In this document: positions 18,562 through 27,906 of the stretch, piece by piece
Layout of the letters: every line of letters starts with the position of its first letter
Position numbering within the stretch: the first letter of the stretch is position 1
DNA from: an uncultured Acidobacteriaceae bacterium
GTDB taxonomy: Bacteria; Acidobacteriota; Terriglobia; Terriglobales; Acidobacteriaceae
Direction of reading: 5' to 3'
Length of the DNA: 64,000 bases
Assembly: GCA_963839025.1 (NCBI GenBank)
Contig: CAWITT010000014.1
Coordinates: 134,175-198,174 of the forward strand
Made by a program: the position numbers and the translations under genes
Notes under the pieces: generated by a model
Seen by the model: the letters and a program-made list of their open reading frames with translations, nothing else
Told to the model about the DNA's origin: nothing
Databases searched by the model: none

Positions 18562-20427
18562 ATGTCTATCCGCGCCGAGCGTGCCAACCGTTCGCGCGGA
18601 GGCGCGCTTGGGGCGGCGGACGAGGTCAAGAAAAAAAGGCCGCCCCTGCGCAAGGTGGTGCCTGAGATATGGACCCTGATCAAGCCGCGCCGCTGGCTGC
18701 TCGCCTCCGGCTTCGTGCTCATGGTCATTAACCGGGTCTCGGGCCTGGTTCTTCCCGCATCGACCAAGTTCCTGGTCGACAGCGTGCTGGTGAAAAAGCA
18801 AGCCGACAAGCTTCCGCTGATTGTGGGCGCGGTTCTGTTGGCCACGACGATCCAGGCAATCACTTCGTTTTCCCTCACTCAGCTGCTCTCGAAGGCCGCG
18901 CAGCGGCTCATCGCGGATCTGCGCATGCAGGTGCAGCAGCATATCGGGCGTCTTTCCGTCAGCTTCTACGACGCCACGCGCACGGGTGTCCTGGTGTCGC
19001 GCATCATGACCGACGTGGAAGGTGTGCGCAACCTGATCGGCACCGGCCTGGTCGACTTTGTCGGCGGCCTGCTGACCGCGGTGCTGGCGTTCTTTATCCT
19101 GATGCGTATCAGCCCCAGCATCACGCTCATCTCCTTCACCTTCGTGCTGACCTTTGTTTTCATCCTGCGTAAAGCGTTTGCCGTAATCCGCCCGATTTTT
19201 CGCGAACGCGGCCGCATCAATGCCGAGGTCACCGGGCGGCTCACCGAGTCGCTTGGCGGCGTGCGCGTGGTCAAGGGCTATCACGCCGAGGAGCGGGAAG
19301 CCGGCGTGTTTGCCACCGGGGTAGAACGCCTTTTTCAAAACGTAGTTCACTCACTGACCGCAACCTCCCTGCTCTCGCTGGCGGCGACTGCGATTCTGGG
19401 CGTCGTCGGGGCCACCGTCATGTGGCTGGGCGCCCGGCAGGAGATGGCTCACAAAATCACCCTCGGTGACTACTTCACCTACACCATGTTTTTGGCCTTC
19501 ATGGTCGCGCCGGTGTTTCAGGTGGTGAATGTCGGCACACAGCTCACGGAGGCCATCGCGGGCCTGGACCGGACCAGCGAGATCCTGGCGGAAAAAGAAG
19601 AGGATGATGAGCCCGACCGCACCGTCAGCCTGGGAACGATTCACGGCGACGTGCAATTCGAAAACGTTAATTTTGCCTACGAGGTGGACAAGCCCGTTTT
19701 GCACGGCATTTCATTCCACGCCCGGCCGGGGACGGTCACTGCTCTCGTAGGCTCTTCGGGATCGGGCAAATCTACCATCATCAGCCTGGTCTGCGCTTTC
19801 CATAAGCCGACCTCGGGTCAGGTTCTGGTGGATGGTACCGATCTCTCCACTGTGCGCCTCAACAGCTATCGCAGCCAGTTGGGGGTGGTGTTGCAGGAGT
19901 CGTTCCTGTTCGACGGCACCATTCGTGAGAATGTTGTTTTCTCTCGCCCAGAGTCTACCGAGGAGCAGTTTCTCCACGCCTGCACGATTGCCCGTGTCGA
20001 TGAATTCGCGCAGCGCTTTCCTGAGGGTTACGACACGATTGTCGGGGAGCGGGGAGTCAAGCTATCCGGCGGCCAGCGCCAGCGTCTCTCGATTGCGCGG
20101 GCGATTCTGGCCGATCCGCGCATTCTCATTCTCGACGAGGCGACTTCTTCGCTCGACTCCGAATCGGAAGCCATGATTCAAAACGGCCTGAGTTATCTGA
20201 TGCAGGGGCGTACCACGTTTGTGATTGCCCACAGGCTCTCGACCATCCGCAGGGCCGATCAGATATTGGTGGTGGAGGGCGGCCTCATTCTCGAGCGCGG
20301 GACGCATGAGATCCTATATGCCCTCGAGGGCCGCTACTACGATTTGTACACGCGCCAGCATGGAGTTGAGTCCAACCGCTTCCTCGCCCCCGGCGAAGGT
20401 GAGAAGCTGTTCGAGGAATTAAAGTAG
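18562..20427 (+). CDS. ABC exporter, fused permease/ATPase (MsbA-like)
   Basis: Six-TM N-terminal domain, Walker A GSSGSGKST, signature LSGGQRQRLSIARA and Walker B ILILDEATSSLD. ATG 18562 follows GGAGGAGG. The 18493 start in the track overlaps the upstream gene. Confidence 0.9.
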   Translation: MSIRAERANRSRGGALGAADEVKKKRPPLRKVVPEIWTLIKPRRWLLASGFVLMVINRVSGLVLPASTKFLVDSVLVKKQADKLPLIVGAVLLATTIQAITSFSLTQLLSKAAQRLIADLRMQVQQHIGRLSVSFYDATRTGVLVSRIMTDVEGVRNLIGTGLVDFVGGLLTAVLAFFILMRISPSITLISFTFVLTFVFILRKAFAVIRPIFRERGRINAEVTGRLTESLGGVRVVKGYHAEEREAGVFATGVERLFQNVVHSLTATSLLSLAATAILGVVGATVMWLGARQEMAHKITLGDYFTYTMFLAFMVAPVFQVVNVGTQLTEAIAGLDRTSEILAEKEEDDEPDRTVSLGTIHGDVQFENVNFAYEVDKPVLHGISFHARPGTVTALVGSSGSGKSTIISLVCAFHKPTSGQVLVDGTDLSTVRLNSYRSQLGVVLQESFLFDGTIRENVVFSRPESTEEQFLHACTIARVDEFAQRFPEGYDTIVGERGVKLSGGQRQRLSIARAILADPRILILDEATSSLDSESEAMIQNGLSYLMQGRTTFVIAHRLSTIRRADQILVVEGGLILERGTHEILYALEGRYYDLYTRQHGVESNRFLAPGEGEKLFEELK

Positions 20428-20434
20428 GTTTAAA

Positions 20435-20468
20435 GGGCCAAACCACCCTCGACGGGTGCCCCATGTTC
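20435..20468. repeat. Family-1 element, solo (truncated) arm
   Basis: GGGCCAAACCACCCTCGACGGGTGCCCCATGTTC matches the outer plus inner left arm of copies C and D, then diverges. No core or partner arm is present. Confidence 0.75.
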
Positions 20469-20559
20469 CGTTGGTCGTGCAAGTCCGGTCCCGCGCGGAC
20501 TTCCAACCCCAGCATCAGCACTATCGTGGTAAGGATAGAAAGAGAGAGAAGGGAATCCT

Positions 20560-20979
20560 ATGGGAAAAGCACTGGGCATCACTTTAGAAGAAGCGCGGCA
20601 AATCATTGCCGCGGCCATCAAGAAGGCCAACGAGATCAACGTCATGATGAACATCGCCGTAGTCGACGAGGGCGCCAACCTGGTGGCTTTCGAGCGCATG
20701 GATGGAGCCTGGATCGGCAGTATCGACATCGCCCAGAAGAAGGCATTCACCTCGAAGGCTTTTGATCTAGACACCAAGACGCTTGGCGAGAACTCGCAGT
20801 CCGGCCAGCAATTCTTTGGGATTCACGCCTCCAACAACGGCAAAATCATGATCTTTGCCGGGGGCATTCCGATCAAGCGGGGCGGGGAAGTTGTCGGCGC
20901 CATCGGTGTCAGCGGGGGTTCCGGTAAAGACGATCACACCGTGGCCGAGGCGGGCGTAGCGGCAGCCAATATAAAATAG
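20560..20979 (+). CDS. glcG: GlcG/HbpS-like (DUF336) heme-binding family protein
   Basis: 139 aa. Blocks ITLEEARQIIAAAIKKA, IAVVDEGANLVAFERMDGA, SIDIAQKKAFTS and GGEVVGAIGVSGG are typical of DUF336. Confidence 0.8.
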   Translation: MGKALGITLEEARQIIAAAIKKANEINVMMNIAVVDEGANLVAFERMDGAWIGSIDIAQKKAFTSKAFDLDTKTLGENSQSGQQFFGIHASNNGKIMIFAGGIPIKRGGEVVGAIGVSGGSGKDDHTVAEAGVAAANIK

Positions 20980-20988
20980 AATCCAATC

Positions 20989-23217
20989 TTGGATTTCCGA
21001 AACTTGGCTGCTTATTTCGGTCGCGTGCTGATGCTTGCGGTGCTGCTCCTGTCTTTGCCCACTCGGGCACAGCAGGCCACCGTGACCGGCACCATTGTCG
21101 ACGCGCACAACCTGCCGGTAGCGGGGGCGCAGATCATCGGGAGCGGCGGCCAACTTCTCGGCACGACGGCTGCGGACGGTAGCTTCACCGTGCCGGCAGG
21201 CTCAGGCCGGGTGCAAATTACCGCCGCCCACTTTGAGCCCACATCCGTAAACATGGACGGCCCCTCACCGGTGCACGTGCTCTTGGACCACCCGATGGAG
21301 CGCGTGGTGGTCACCGCCTACCGGTCGCCCCTGGCATCGGCAGACAGTCCAGCCAGCACCCGCATCCTGAACACCGAGCATTTGCGCCAGGCGGCAGGAA
21401 TCTCGCTCGATGACAAGCTGCGCCAGGTGCCGGGCTTTGAGCTCTTCCGCCGTACCAGTTCCTTGGTGGCGAACCCCACCACCGAAGGCGTCTCTCTGCG
21501 TGGTCTTGGATCGACCGCTGCCAGCCGTTCGCTGGTGGTGTTCGACGACATACCCATCGCCGATCCCTTCGGAGGCTGGATCCACTGGGAGGAACTCCCC
21601 GCCCCAGCCATCCACTCGATCGAACTGGTGCGCGGCGGTGCTTCGGACCTTTATGGTTCGAGCGCCATCGGCGGGGTCATCAGCATTGTCCCGGTTAAGC
21701 CCGATACCAACCGCTTTCAGCTGACGACCAGCGGCGGTTCGGAATCCACTCTCGACAACTCGCTGCTGGGAGTCATGAAGCGGGGCAAGTGGTCAGGCCT
21801 GGGAAGCGCACAGATGATCGCCACGGACGGATATATATTGATTGCCCCGAACGTGCGCGGCCCGATCGATCAGCCCTACAACGTGCACGCGCAAAATGGG
21901 CTCACGGAATTCGATCGCGCCCTGAGCCACGACGGCCGGATTTTCATGCGCGGCAGCGTGTTGAATGAACAGCGGCACAACGGCACCCCGATCCAGATCA
22001 ACAGCACCCGCCTGTGGCGCTACGCCGCGGGCGCGGACTGGAGCAACCTGACCGTGCGTTTGTTCGGCGACAATGAGCACTACTCGCAGACGTTCTCCAC
22101 CATCGCTGCCTCGCGCCTCTCAGAGACCTTAACCCGCATCGGCAAAGATCCGGCCGATGAGTTGGGGGCCGCCGGACACTGGCATCAGCCCGTGGGCACG
22201 CATCTGCTTCTACTGGCCGGGGCTGATATTCATGACGTACGCGCCGCCGACTATGAGTTCATGTTTCCCACCTCGAAGGGCTATCTGAACACCACGGCCC
22301 GGCAGCGCCAGAGCGGCGTGTACGGCGAGGTTCTTTTCACCCCGCCCGCCTGGACCCTCAGCGCTTCGGGCAGGGTGGACCACTTTACCAACTTCAATGC
22401 CGCCCAGTACAAGACCGGCGCGGCCCCGACCCAGTTGCCGCAGCTGAACGAGACGGTGTTCGATCCCCGCGTCGGAGTGACGCGACGGCTGACCAACTCG
22501 CTTGCGCTTAGCGCCTCGGCTTTTCGCGCCTACCGCGCGCCCACGGAAAATGAGCTCTACCGCACCGGCCAGGTGGGTTCGCAAACCACCATGCCGAATC
22601 CCGATCTTGACTCCGAGCGGGCCACCGGATGGGAAGCGGGAGCCCATGCCGATCTGCCGTCCATCGGCTCCACGGTTCGGGTCAGCTACTTCTGGACGCA
22701 GATCAACCGGCCGATTACCGCGCAAACGCTGACGACAACGGCCACCAGCACCACACTGATGCGCGAGAACCTGGGTCAGATCGAGAGCCGCGGAATTTCG
22801 GTGGACTTCGCTTCCCGGCCGATGAGTTGGGTGGGTATCGAAGGCGGCTACCAATATGCGGATGCCACGGTGACCAAAAACCCGCGGCTGCCGAACTTGG
22901 TGGGCAATTGGATTCCCCAGGTAGCCCGCAACATGGCCACCACCCAGGTGAACCTCTCGCATCGGAGAATAGGCCTGCTCAGCGTGCAAGGGCGCGTCAG
23001 CGGACGCCAGTACGATGACGACGCCAATCAATTTTTGCTGCATAGCTATTTCCGCCTGGGCGCCTACGCCTCTCACGACTTCGGCCATCACCTGACCGCG
23101 TTTGCGGCCGGCGACAACTTGTTCGATCGCGCGATCGAAGCCGGTAAGACCCCTTCCCTTACCTTGGCCTCCCCGCGCGTAGCGCGCTTCGGACTGCGCA
23201 TCAACTTCGGAGAGTAG
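20989..23217 (+). CDS. TonB-dependent receptor with CarboxypepD_reg-like N-terminal domain
   Basis: Signal-like LMLAVLLLSLPTRAQQ, then ATVTGTIVDAHNLPVAGAQI and plug block VVVTAYRSPLASADSPASTRIL...LRQVPGFELFRR, followed by a long barrel-type sequence. The start codon is uncertain (TTG 20989 or a downstream GTG). Confidence 0.85.
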   Translation: MDFRNLAAYFGRVLMLAVLLLSLPTRAQQATVTGTIVDAHNLPVAGAQIIGSGGQLLGTTAADGSFTVPAGSGRVQITAAHFEPTSVNMDGPSPVHVLLDHPMERVVVTAYRSPLASADSPASTRILNTEHLRQAAGISLDDKLRQVPGFELFRRTSSLVANPTTEGVSLRGLGSTAASRSLVVFDDIPIADPFGGWIHWEELPAPAIHSIELVRGGASDLYGSSAIGGVISIVPVKPDTNRFQLTTSGGSESTLDNSLLGVMKRGKWSGLGSAQMIATDGYILIAPNVRGPIDQPYNVHAQNGLTEFDRALSHDGRIFMRGSVLNEQRHNGTPIQINSTRLWRYAAGADWSNLTVRLFGDNEHYSQTFSTIAASRLSETLTRIGKDPADELGAAGHWHQPVGTHLLLLAGADIHDVRAADYEFMFPTSKGYLNTTARQRQSGVYGEVLFTPPAWTLSASGRVDHFTNFNAAQYKTGAAPTQLPQLNETVFDPRVGVTRRLTNSLALSASAFRAYRAPTENELYRTGQVGSQTTMPNPDLDSERATGWEAGAHADLPSIGSTVRVSYFWTQINRPITAQTLTTTATSTTLMRENLGQIESRGISVDFASRPMSWVGIEGGYQYADATVTKNPRLPNLVGNWIPQVARNMATTQVNLSHRRIGLLSVQGRVSGRQYDDDANQFLLHSYFRLGAYASHDFGHHLTAFAAGDNLFDRAIEAGKTPSLTLASPRVARFGLRINFGE

Positions 23218-23226
23218 TACCGGGGA

Positions 23227-25272
23227 TCACCTGCTGAACCACTTGAGCAAGGGAAAGACACTGCTGTAGTTGTCAGTCCAAAGTTTTACGTCCGCGCGCA
23301 GGGGAGTGGCAAAGCCGTTGTTGACAATCTCCGGCTGGCGCAGCAGATTCTGGTTTGCGGTCACGAGAATCCAATCCGCATAGTAAAAGCCATTCTGCTC
23401 GTCAGCATGGGTGTGAATAGACCGGGCGGAAAGTCCGGCATTGGCGGCGATCGAGGCCACCACCGGCTCCAGGTCGATGTACTGGTTGGACACATGGAAG
23501 GCCACGACTCCGTCGGGTTTCATGTGCCGGCGATAGAGCGCGAGCGCCTCCCGGGTCAACAGATGAACCGGAATCGCATCGCCCGAAAAAGCATCCACCA
23601 CGATTACATTAAATCCCTGCGGGACCTCCGAGGCCAGGGACAAGCGCGCGTCCCCCAGCACCACGCGAATCTGGGCCGGGCTGTCGTGAAGGAAGGTGAA
23701 CCAACGCCTGGCGAGCGGTTCCACCAGGGGATTGATTTCATAAAATTGGACAGAGTCTCCGGTATTGCCGTAAGCCGCGACCGTTCCCGTACCCAGGCCA
23801 ATGACGCCCACCCGCTTGACACCCTGCCCACAACATAGGCGCATGGCCAAGCCCAGCCCGGAGTCGGGAGAATAGTAGGTCAACGGCTGCCCCAGAAACT
23901 GGGGAGCGAACCACTCTGCACCATGCTCGATGGTCCCGTTCAAGAGCTCGCGGTCGGTGTCAGATTGCGGCGGCACATGAGTCTCTCTCACCCGCAGGGT
24001 GCCGTAGAAATTGCGCTCCAGGGCCACGGCATCGTCGTCATATTGCCGCACCTGGACGTTCAGCACCACCACAGCGGCGATAGTTCCAGCTATCCAGAGC
24101 ATGCGTAATCCCCACCCGTCCTGCCAGGTCGCCGCTAAAGCAATCAACGCCACCACCAGCAGGGTGCAGGCCAGATCGTAATTAGCCCGGAAGATCAGCG
24201 GAGCGGCCACGCCCACCATCAGGGTTCCCGCCGCGCTGCCGGCGGACGCCACCAGGTAAAACCGGGTCAGATCCGCCGCCTGCGGACGCCGGGCATAAAG
24301 CTCGCCGTGAAGAAAGAAACAGATGACAAACAACCCAATTAGGAACAAGGGCAGGCTCACCGCGATCGGGAGCTGGGTGCGAATGTCACGCAACTCGTAC
24401 GCCATGGAGGCTACCGCCACGAGAACCAGGCGGAGCAGGGATTGACGTAACGGCGCCCATGCCCCTTGAAACGCCAGGATGAACGTCAGCAGATACAAGG
24501 CCAACGGGGGCAGCCACAACAGGGGAATGGCGGCGATGTTCGCGCTCATGTGGCTGGTGACCGCGGTCAACATCATGCCGCCACCCATGGCTAACAAGAA
24601 CCAGAAGGCGGCCGGCGCAGGGTTCTCGGCCACGACGGTCTGTTTGGGGGAAGGCGCTCGCCGTCTCCCCTGCCAGGCAATGGCCCCGCAGAGCACCGCA
24701 AAGAGCAGGAAGCCCCCACTCCACCATTGCGTCTGCCGGCTCATGGTGAGGCGAGGCTCAATCCACAGAGGATAAGCCCCCAACGCCAGCAGGGAAGCCA
24801 AATTGGACAGGGCAAAGAGACGATAGGGCGACCGATGCTCGAAGCTGTTGGCATACCAGGCCGTCAACAGCGGCGTCGTGGCCGAAAGCGCGAGGTAGGG
24901 CAAGCCGATAATCGTGGCCAAAATTCCGAAGACGATCAGGGCCGGATGGTAACTCACCGCGGCCGGATTGGGCCGCACCGGAGCCCCCAGCGACAGCAGA
25001 GCCGCCGTCAAGAGCACAATGTGGATCACCGCCTGTCGTTTGGGGTGGAACCTCGACGATAGCCAGTGCGCATAGAGGTAGCCGAGCAGGAGCTCCAAAG
25101 AGAAGAACACCAGGCAGGTGGTCCACACCGCAGACGACCCGCCCAGAATGGGCAGCAGCTGCTTCGCCGCCATCGGTTCCACGACAAAGAGCAGAAAGGC
25201 GCTTAGGAAGATCGTGACTGCATAGAGCCAGCGGAGGAGCGTCATTAGGTACCACAAGGGTTTATCACACAA
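23227..25272 (-). CDS. Fused polytopic membrane / spermidine-synthase-like methyltransferase-fold protein
   Basis: About 420 aa of TM segments, then VGVIGLGTGTVAAYG ... FNVIVVDAFSGDAIPVHLLTREALALY (spermidine/spermine synthase-like). Confidence 0.8.
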   Translation of the reverse strand: MCDKPLWYLMTLLRWLYAVTIFLSAFLLFVVEPMAAKQLLPILGGSSAVWTTCLVFFSLELLLGYLYAHWLSSRFHPKRQAVIHIVLLTAALLSLGAPVRPNPAAVSYHPALIVFGILATIIGLPYLALSATTPLLTAWYANSFEHRSPYRLFALSNLASLLALGAYPLWIEPRLTMSRQTQWWSGGFLLFAVLCGAIAWQGRRRAPSPKQTVVAENPAPAAFWFLLAMGGGMMLTAVTSHMSANIAAIPLLWLPPLALYLLTFILAFQGAWAPLRQSLLRLVLVAVASMAYELRDIRTQLPIAVSLPLFLIGLFVICFFLHGELYARRPQAADLTRFYLVASAGSAAGTLMVGVAAPLIFRANYDLACTLLVVALIALAATWQDGWGLRMLWIAGTIAAVVVLNVQVRQYDDDAVALERNFYGTLRVRETHVPPQSDTDRELLNGTIEHGAEWFAPQFLGQPLTYYSPDSGLGLAMRLCCGQGVKRVGVIGLGTGTVAAYGNTGDSVQFYEINPLVEPLARRWFTFLHDSPAQIRVVLGDARLSLASEVPQGFNVIVVDAFSGDAIPVHLLTREALALYRRHMKPDGVVAFHVSNQYIDLEPVVASIAANAGLSARSIHTHADEQNGFYYADWILVTANQNLLRQPEIVNNGFATPLRADVKLWTDNYSSVFPLLKWFSR

Positions 25273-25656
25273 TGGCCGCTGCTGGCAGAGAGGTAACCAG
25301 GCTTGCGATCACCTTCGGGGATCACGGCCGTGACGTAGCCAACGCTGGGGCCGGCCGGTATTGTCATCTTCGAGGATCAGTTCTGGGGGAGGGCTGCTCT
25401 TCAGCGCGCCCGTGGGCCAAAGCTCACGGGCGCTTGCTCTTTGCGCGCCTTTCTGGGACCGGCCCTGGCTCCCGGCCTCCCGATCGCGCTTCCGGCCAAG
25501 CCCTTTGCCGCGAATGTTGTATAGCCACCTACACACTTCGTCGATACCCTGAGCAGGGTCGATTCTCGCGTTACTGCCGGGTTACCTCCCAGCAACATAA
25601 AACCGGCGTCTGCGTTAATACATTCGAGCCGGACATCCACCGGCAGGAGCAAACCA

Positions 25657-26577
25657 ATGCGTTCGATCCGAGCCCTGCGAATTCTTTTTCTCGCATTTCT
25701 GGTCTCTCTCGTGCCGGCCTCATCTTTCGCCGGTGTCTTCCTTTCCATAACTATCGCCCCTCCCGTGCTGCCGGTATACGCACAACCGGTTTGTCCCGGT
25801 GACGGGTACTTGTGGACGCCCGGCTACTGGGCCTATGGAGAGTCCGGTTACTTCTGGGTACCGGGAACCTGGGTGCTGGCTCCGCGGCCGGGCTTTCTCT
25901 GGACGCCTGGATACTGGGGCTGGGGCGGCGGCTTCTACGCTTGGCACGCCGGGTATTGGGGCCCTCACGTCGGCTTTTACGGCGGGGTGAACTACGGCTA
26001 CGGCTACGGCGGTTCGGGCTTCTACGGCGGGCGTTGGGAAGGCGGTCATTTTGCCTACAACACCGCGGTGCTGCATGTGAACAACACTGTCGTGCACAAC
26101 ACGTACGTCGACAATACCGTGATTCGGAACACGACTGTGGTCAACCGCACCAGCTTCAACGGCCCAGGCGGGCTCCAAGCCCGGCCCGGTCCCCAGGAAG
26201 CCGCGGCCATGCGCGAACAGCATGTGCAGGCTACGTCGGAACAAATGTCCCACGAACACTTTGCCAGCACCAACCGGGCCAACTTCGCCACGGTCAACGG
26301 AGGCCGGCCGGCCAACGCCGCTGTGAGCCGTCCGATGACTTCCAGCAACGTTGCCGCGCATACTGCGTATAACAACAACAGCCGGCCGGCCTACAACAAC
26401 AACAGCCGCCCGGAATATAACAACGCCAATCGGGCCCCTGCCGCCAACCAAGCGCATTATTCGGCGCCGCCGGCTCACAACAACCCGCCTCCCGCTCCTC
26501 ATGTGAGTGGCGGACAACCGCACGAATCCCATCCCAACAATGGCGGCGGTGGGGAACACGAACACGAACACCGCTAA
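25657..26577 (+). CDS. Secreted YXWGXW-repeat protein
   Basis: Signal peptide MRSIRALRILFLAFLVSLVPASSFA. Repeats PGYWAYGESGYFWVPGTW and PGYWGWGGGFYAWHAGYW. Asn-rich tandem NNNSRPAYNNNSRPEYNN and tail GGGGEHEHEHR. Confidence 0.75.
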   Translation: MRSIRALRILFLAFLVSLVPASSFAGVFLSITIAPPVLPVYAQPVCPGDGYLWTPGYWAYGESGYFWVPGTWVLAPRPGFLWTPGYWGWGGGFYAWHAGYWGPHVGFYGGVNYGYGYGGSGFYGGRWEGGHFAYNTAVLHVNNTVVHNTYVDNTVIRNTTVVNRTSFNGPGGLQARPGPQEAAAMREQHVQATSEQMSHEHFASTNRANFATVNGGRPANAAVSRPMTSSNVAAHTAYNNNSRPAYNNNSRPEYNNANRAPAANQAHYSAPPAHNNPPPAPHVSGGQPHESHPNNGGGGEHEHEHR

Positions 26578-26633
26578 AGTACTCACCGGCAGGCGGCTTT
26601 GAGTTGAACCAGGCCGCCTGCCGTACGATTGAT

Positions 26634-27893
26634 ATGGAACCTCTTCCTGTCTTGCACGACCGGCCCATCGCGACGACAAAGATCGCCACCGTCGCTCTCC
26701 TCGGAGCATTCGGACCTCCCATTCTGACCGCGGCAAGATCGTTCCGTGATGCGGGTATCAGGGTGGTCGTCCTGTCGACCGCGTACGGTACGCCGTCCGC
26801 ATGGTCGAATGCCATCAGCGTCGCGGAGTGCATCCGGCCCGAGGACTTAGGGACACCCGCGGGTCTCGCGGTGATCATCGACTTTGTTCGCCGGACCGGC
26901 GCCCAGGCTTTGCTGCCGTTCTGGGATACGCAGATGGTATGGCTGGCGGCACACGAAACCTCATTGCCCCAGGGCTGTAAACTCCTCTCCTCGAGCCAGC
27001 AGGCGCTCGAAGTGTTGCTCTCGAAGGATGATCAACTGCGCGTTGCCGAGCGTTGCGGCTTCAACCTTCTGCCCACCTGGAAATTGTCGCAGCAACAGGA
27101 TGTGGGCATGCTCGATCCCGCTGCCTATCCCGTGTGCTTGCGCCCGTCGATCCCGCTCGAGGTGAACCCGACGTTCAAAGTGGAAGTGATGCGTTCGCCC
27201 GCCGAGTTGCATGCTTTCCTTGCAACGCGGACGTGGGGACCGGGTCCTCTGCTCGTGCAGCCTTTTTTGCCTCTTCCCACCGTGGTGATCCACGGGGTCA
27301 GGAGCGAATCGGGCGAGATGATTGCGCTCGAGGCCTTCATTGCCTCTACGAAATTTGAAGGGGTGACGCTGGAGTTGCGGCCATTTCCCATGGACGCCAA
27401 CCTCGCGCTTTGCTGCCGCAAATTTGCCGAAGAGACGGGGATTACCGGTCCATTCCATTTCGAATTGCTTTATTCCGCGGACACCGGAATCTTCTACTAC
27501 CTTGAGATCAACGTGCGTCTCGGAGGCACGACGGACAAGGTTTTCCGCTTGGGTTTTGACGAGCCGCTGCTGGCGCTGGCGGCCTATGGATTCGACGTTC
27601 CGGTAAGGCCTTACCGCGCGCAGGCCGGCCGCGCAGCGGTGAATCGGAGGGCGCTGCTGAAGCATGTATTCTCCGTGGCCAAGGGAAGGCTTTCACCGCT
27701 GGACTATCCGGTCGCCGGCAAGCTGCAACATCTTGGGTTGTCGCTACGGACTTTTCTGTTGGCCGCCGATTCCATCGCCTCGAGCCGCGATTTGCTCGGA
27801 ACGTGGTTCTTCTACGTGGCCCAGCGCCCGCCCGGAGAAGCCTCGCCCCAGACCGAGCCGAACTGGGTGATGCGTCTCCTGCACCATCCCTAG
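26634..27893 (+). CDS. ATP-grasp domain protein (COG3919-like predicted carboligase)
   Basis: Pre-ATP-grasp N-terminus VALLGAFGPPILTAARSFRDAGIRVVVLS and C-terminal block GPFHFELLYSADTGIFYYLEINVRLGG. ATG 26634 is preferred over 26604. Confidence 0.65.
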   Translation: MEPLPVLHDRPIATTKIATVALLGAFGPPILTAARSFRDAGIRVVVLSTAYGTPSAWSNAISVAECIRPEDLGTPAGLAVIIDFVRRTGAQALLPFWDTQMVWLAAHETSLPQGCKLLSSSQQALEVLLSKDDQLRVAERCGFNLLPTWKLSQQQDVGMLDPAAYPVCLRPSIPLEVNPTFKVEVMRSPAELHAFLATRTWGPGPLLVQPFLPLPTVVIHGVRSESGEMIALEAFIASTKFEGVTLELRPFPMDANLALCCRKFAEETGITGPFHFELLYSADTGIFYYLEINVRLGGTTDKVFRLGFDEPLLALAAYGFDVPVRPYRAQAGRAAVNRRALLKHVFSVAKGRLSPLDYPVAGKLQHLGLSLRTFLLAADSIASSRDLLGTWFFYVAQRPPGEASPQTEPNWVMRLLHHP

Positions 27894-27906
27894 CAGCAGT
27901 TTTGCG

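Noticed and set aside
18490-19350. 286-aa and 245-aa minus-strand ORFs (18141-19350) opposite the small membrane protein and ABC exporter
   Set aside because: Antisense shadows. The + frame has canonical ABC motifs.
22210-23091. 293-aa minus-strand ORF inside the TonB-dependent receptor gene
   Set aside because: Antisense shadow ORF. The receptor frame carries plug and barrel features.
25720-26736. 338-aa minus-strand ORF opposite the YXWGXW gene
   Set aside because: Antisense shadow. The + frame has a signal peptide and the named repeat.
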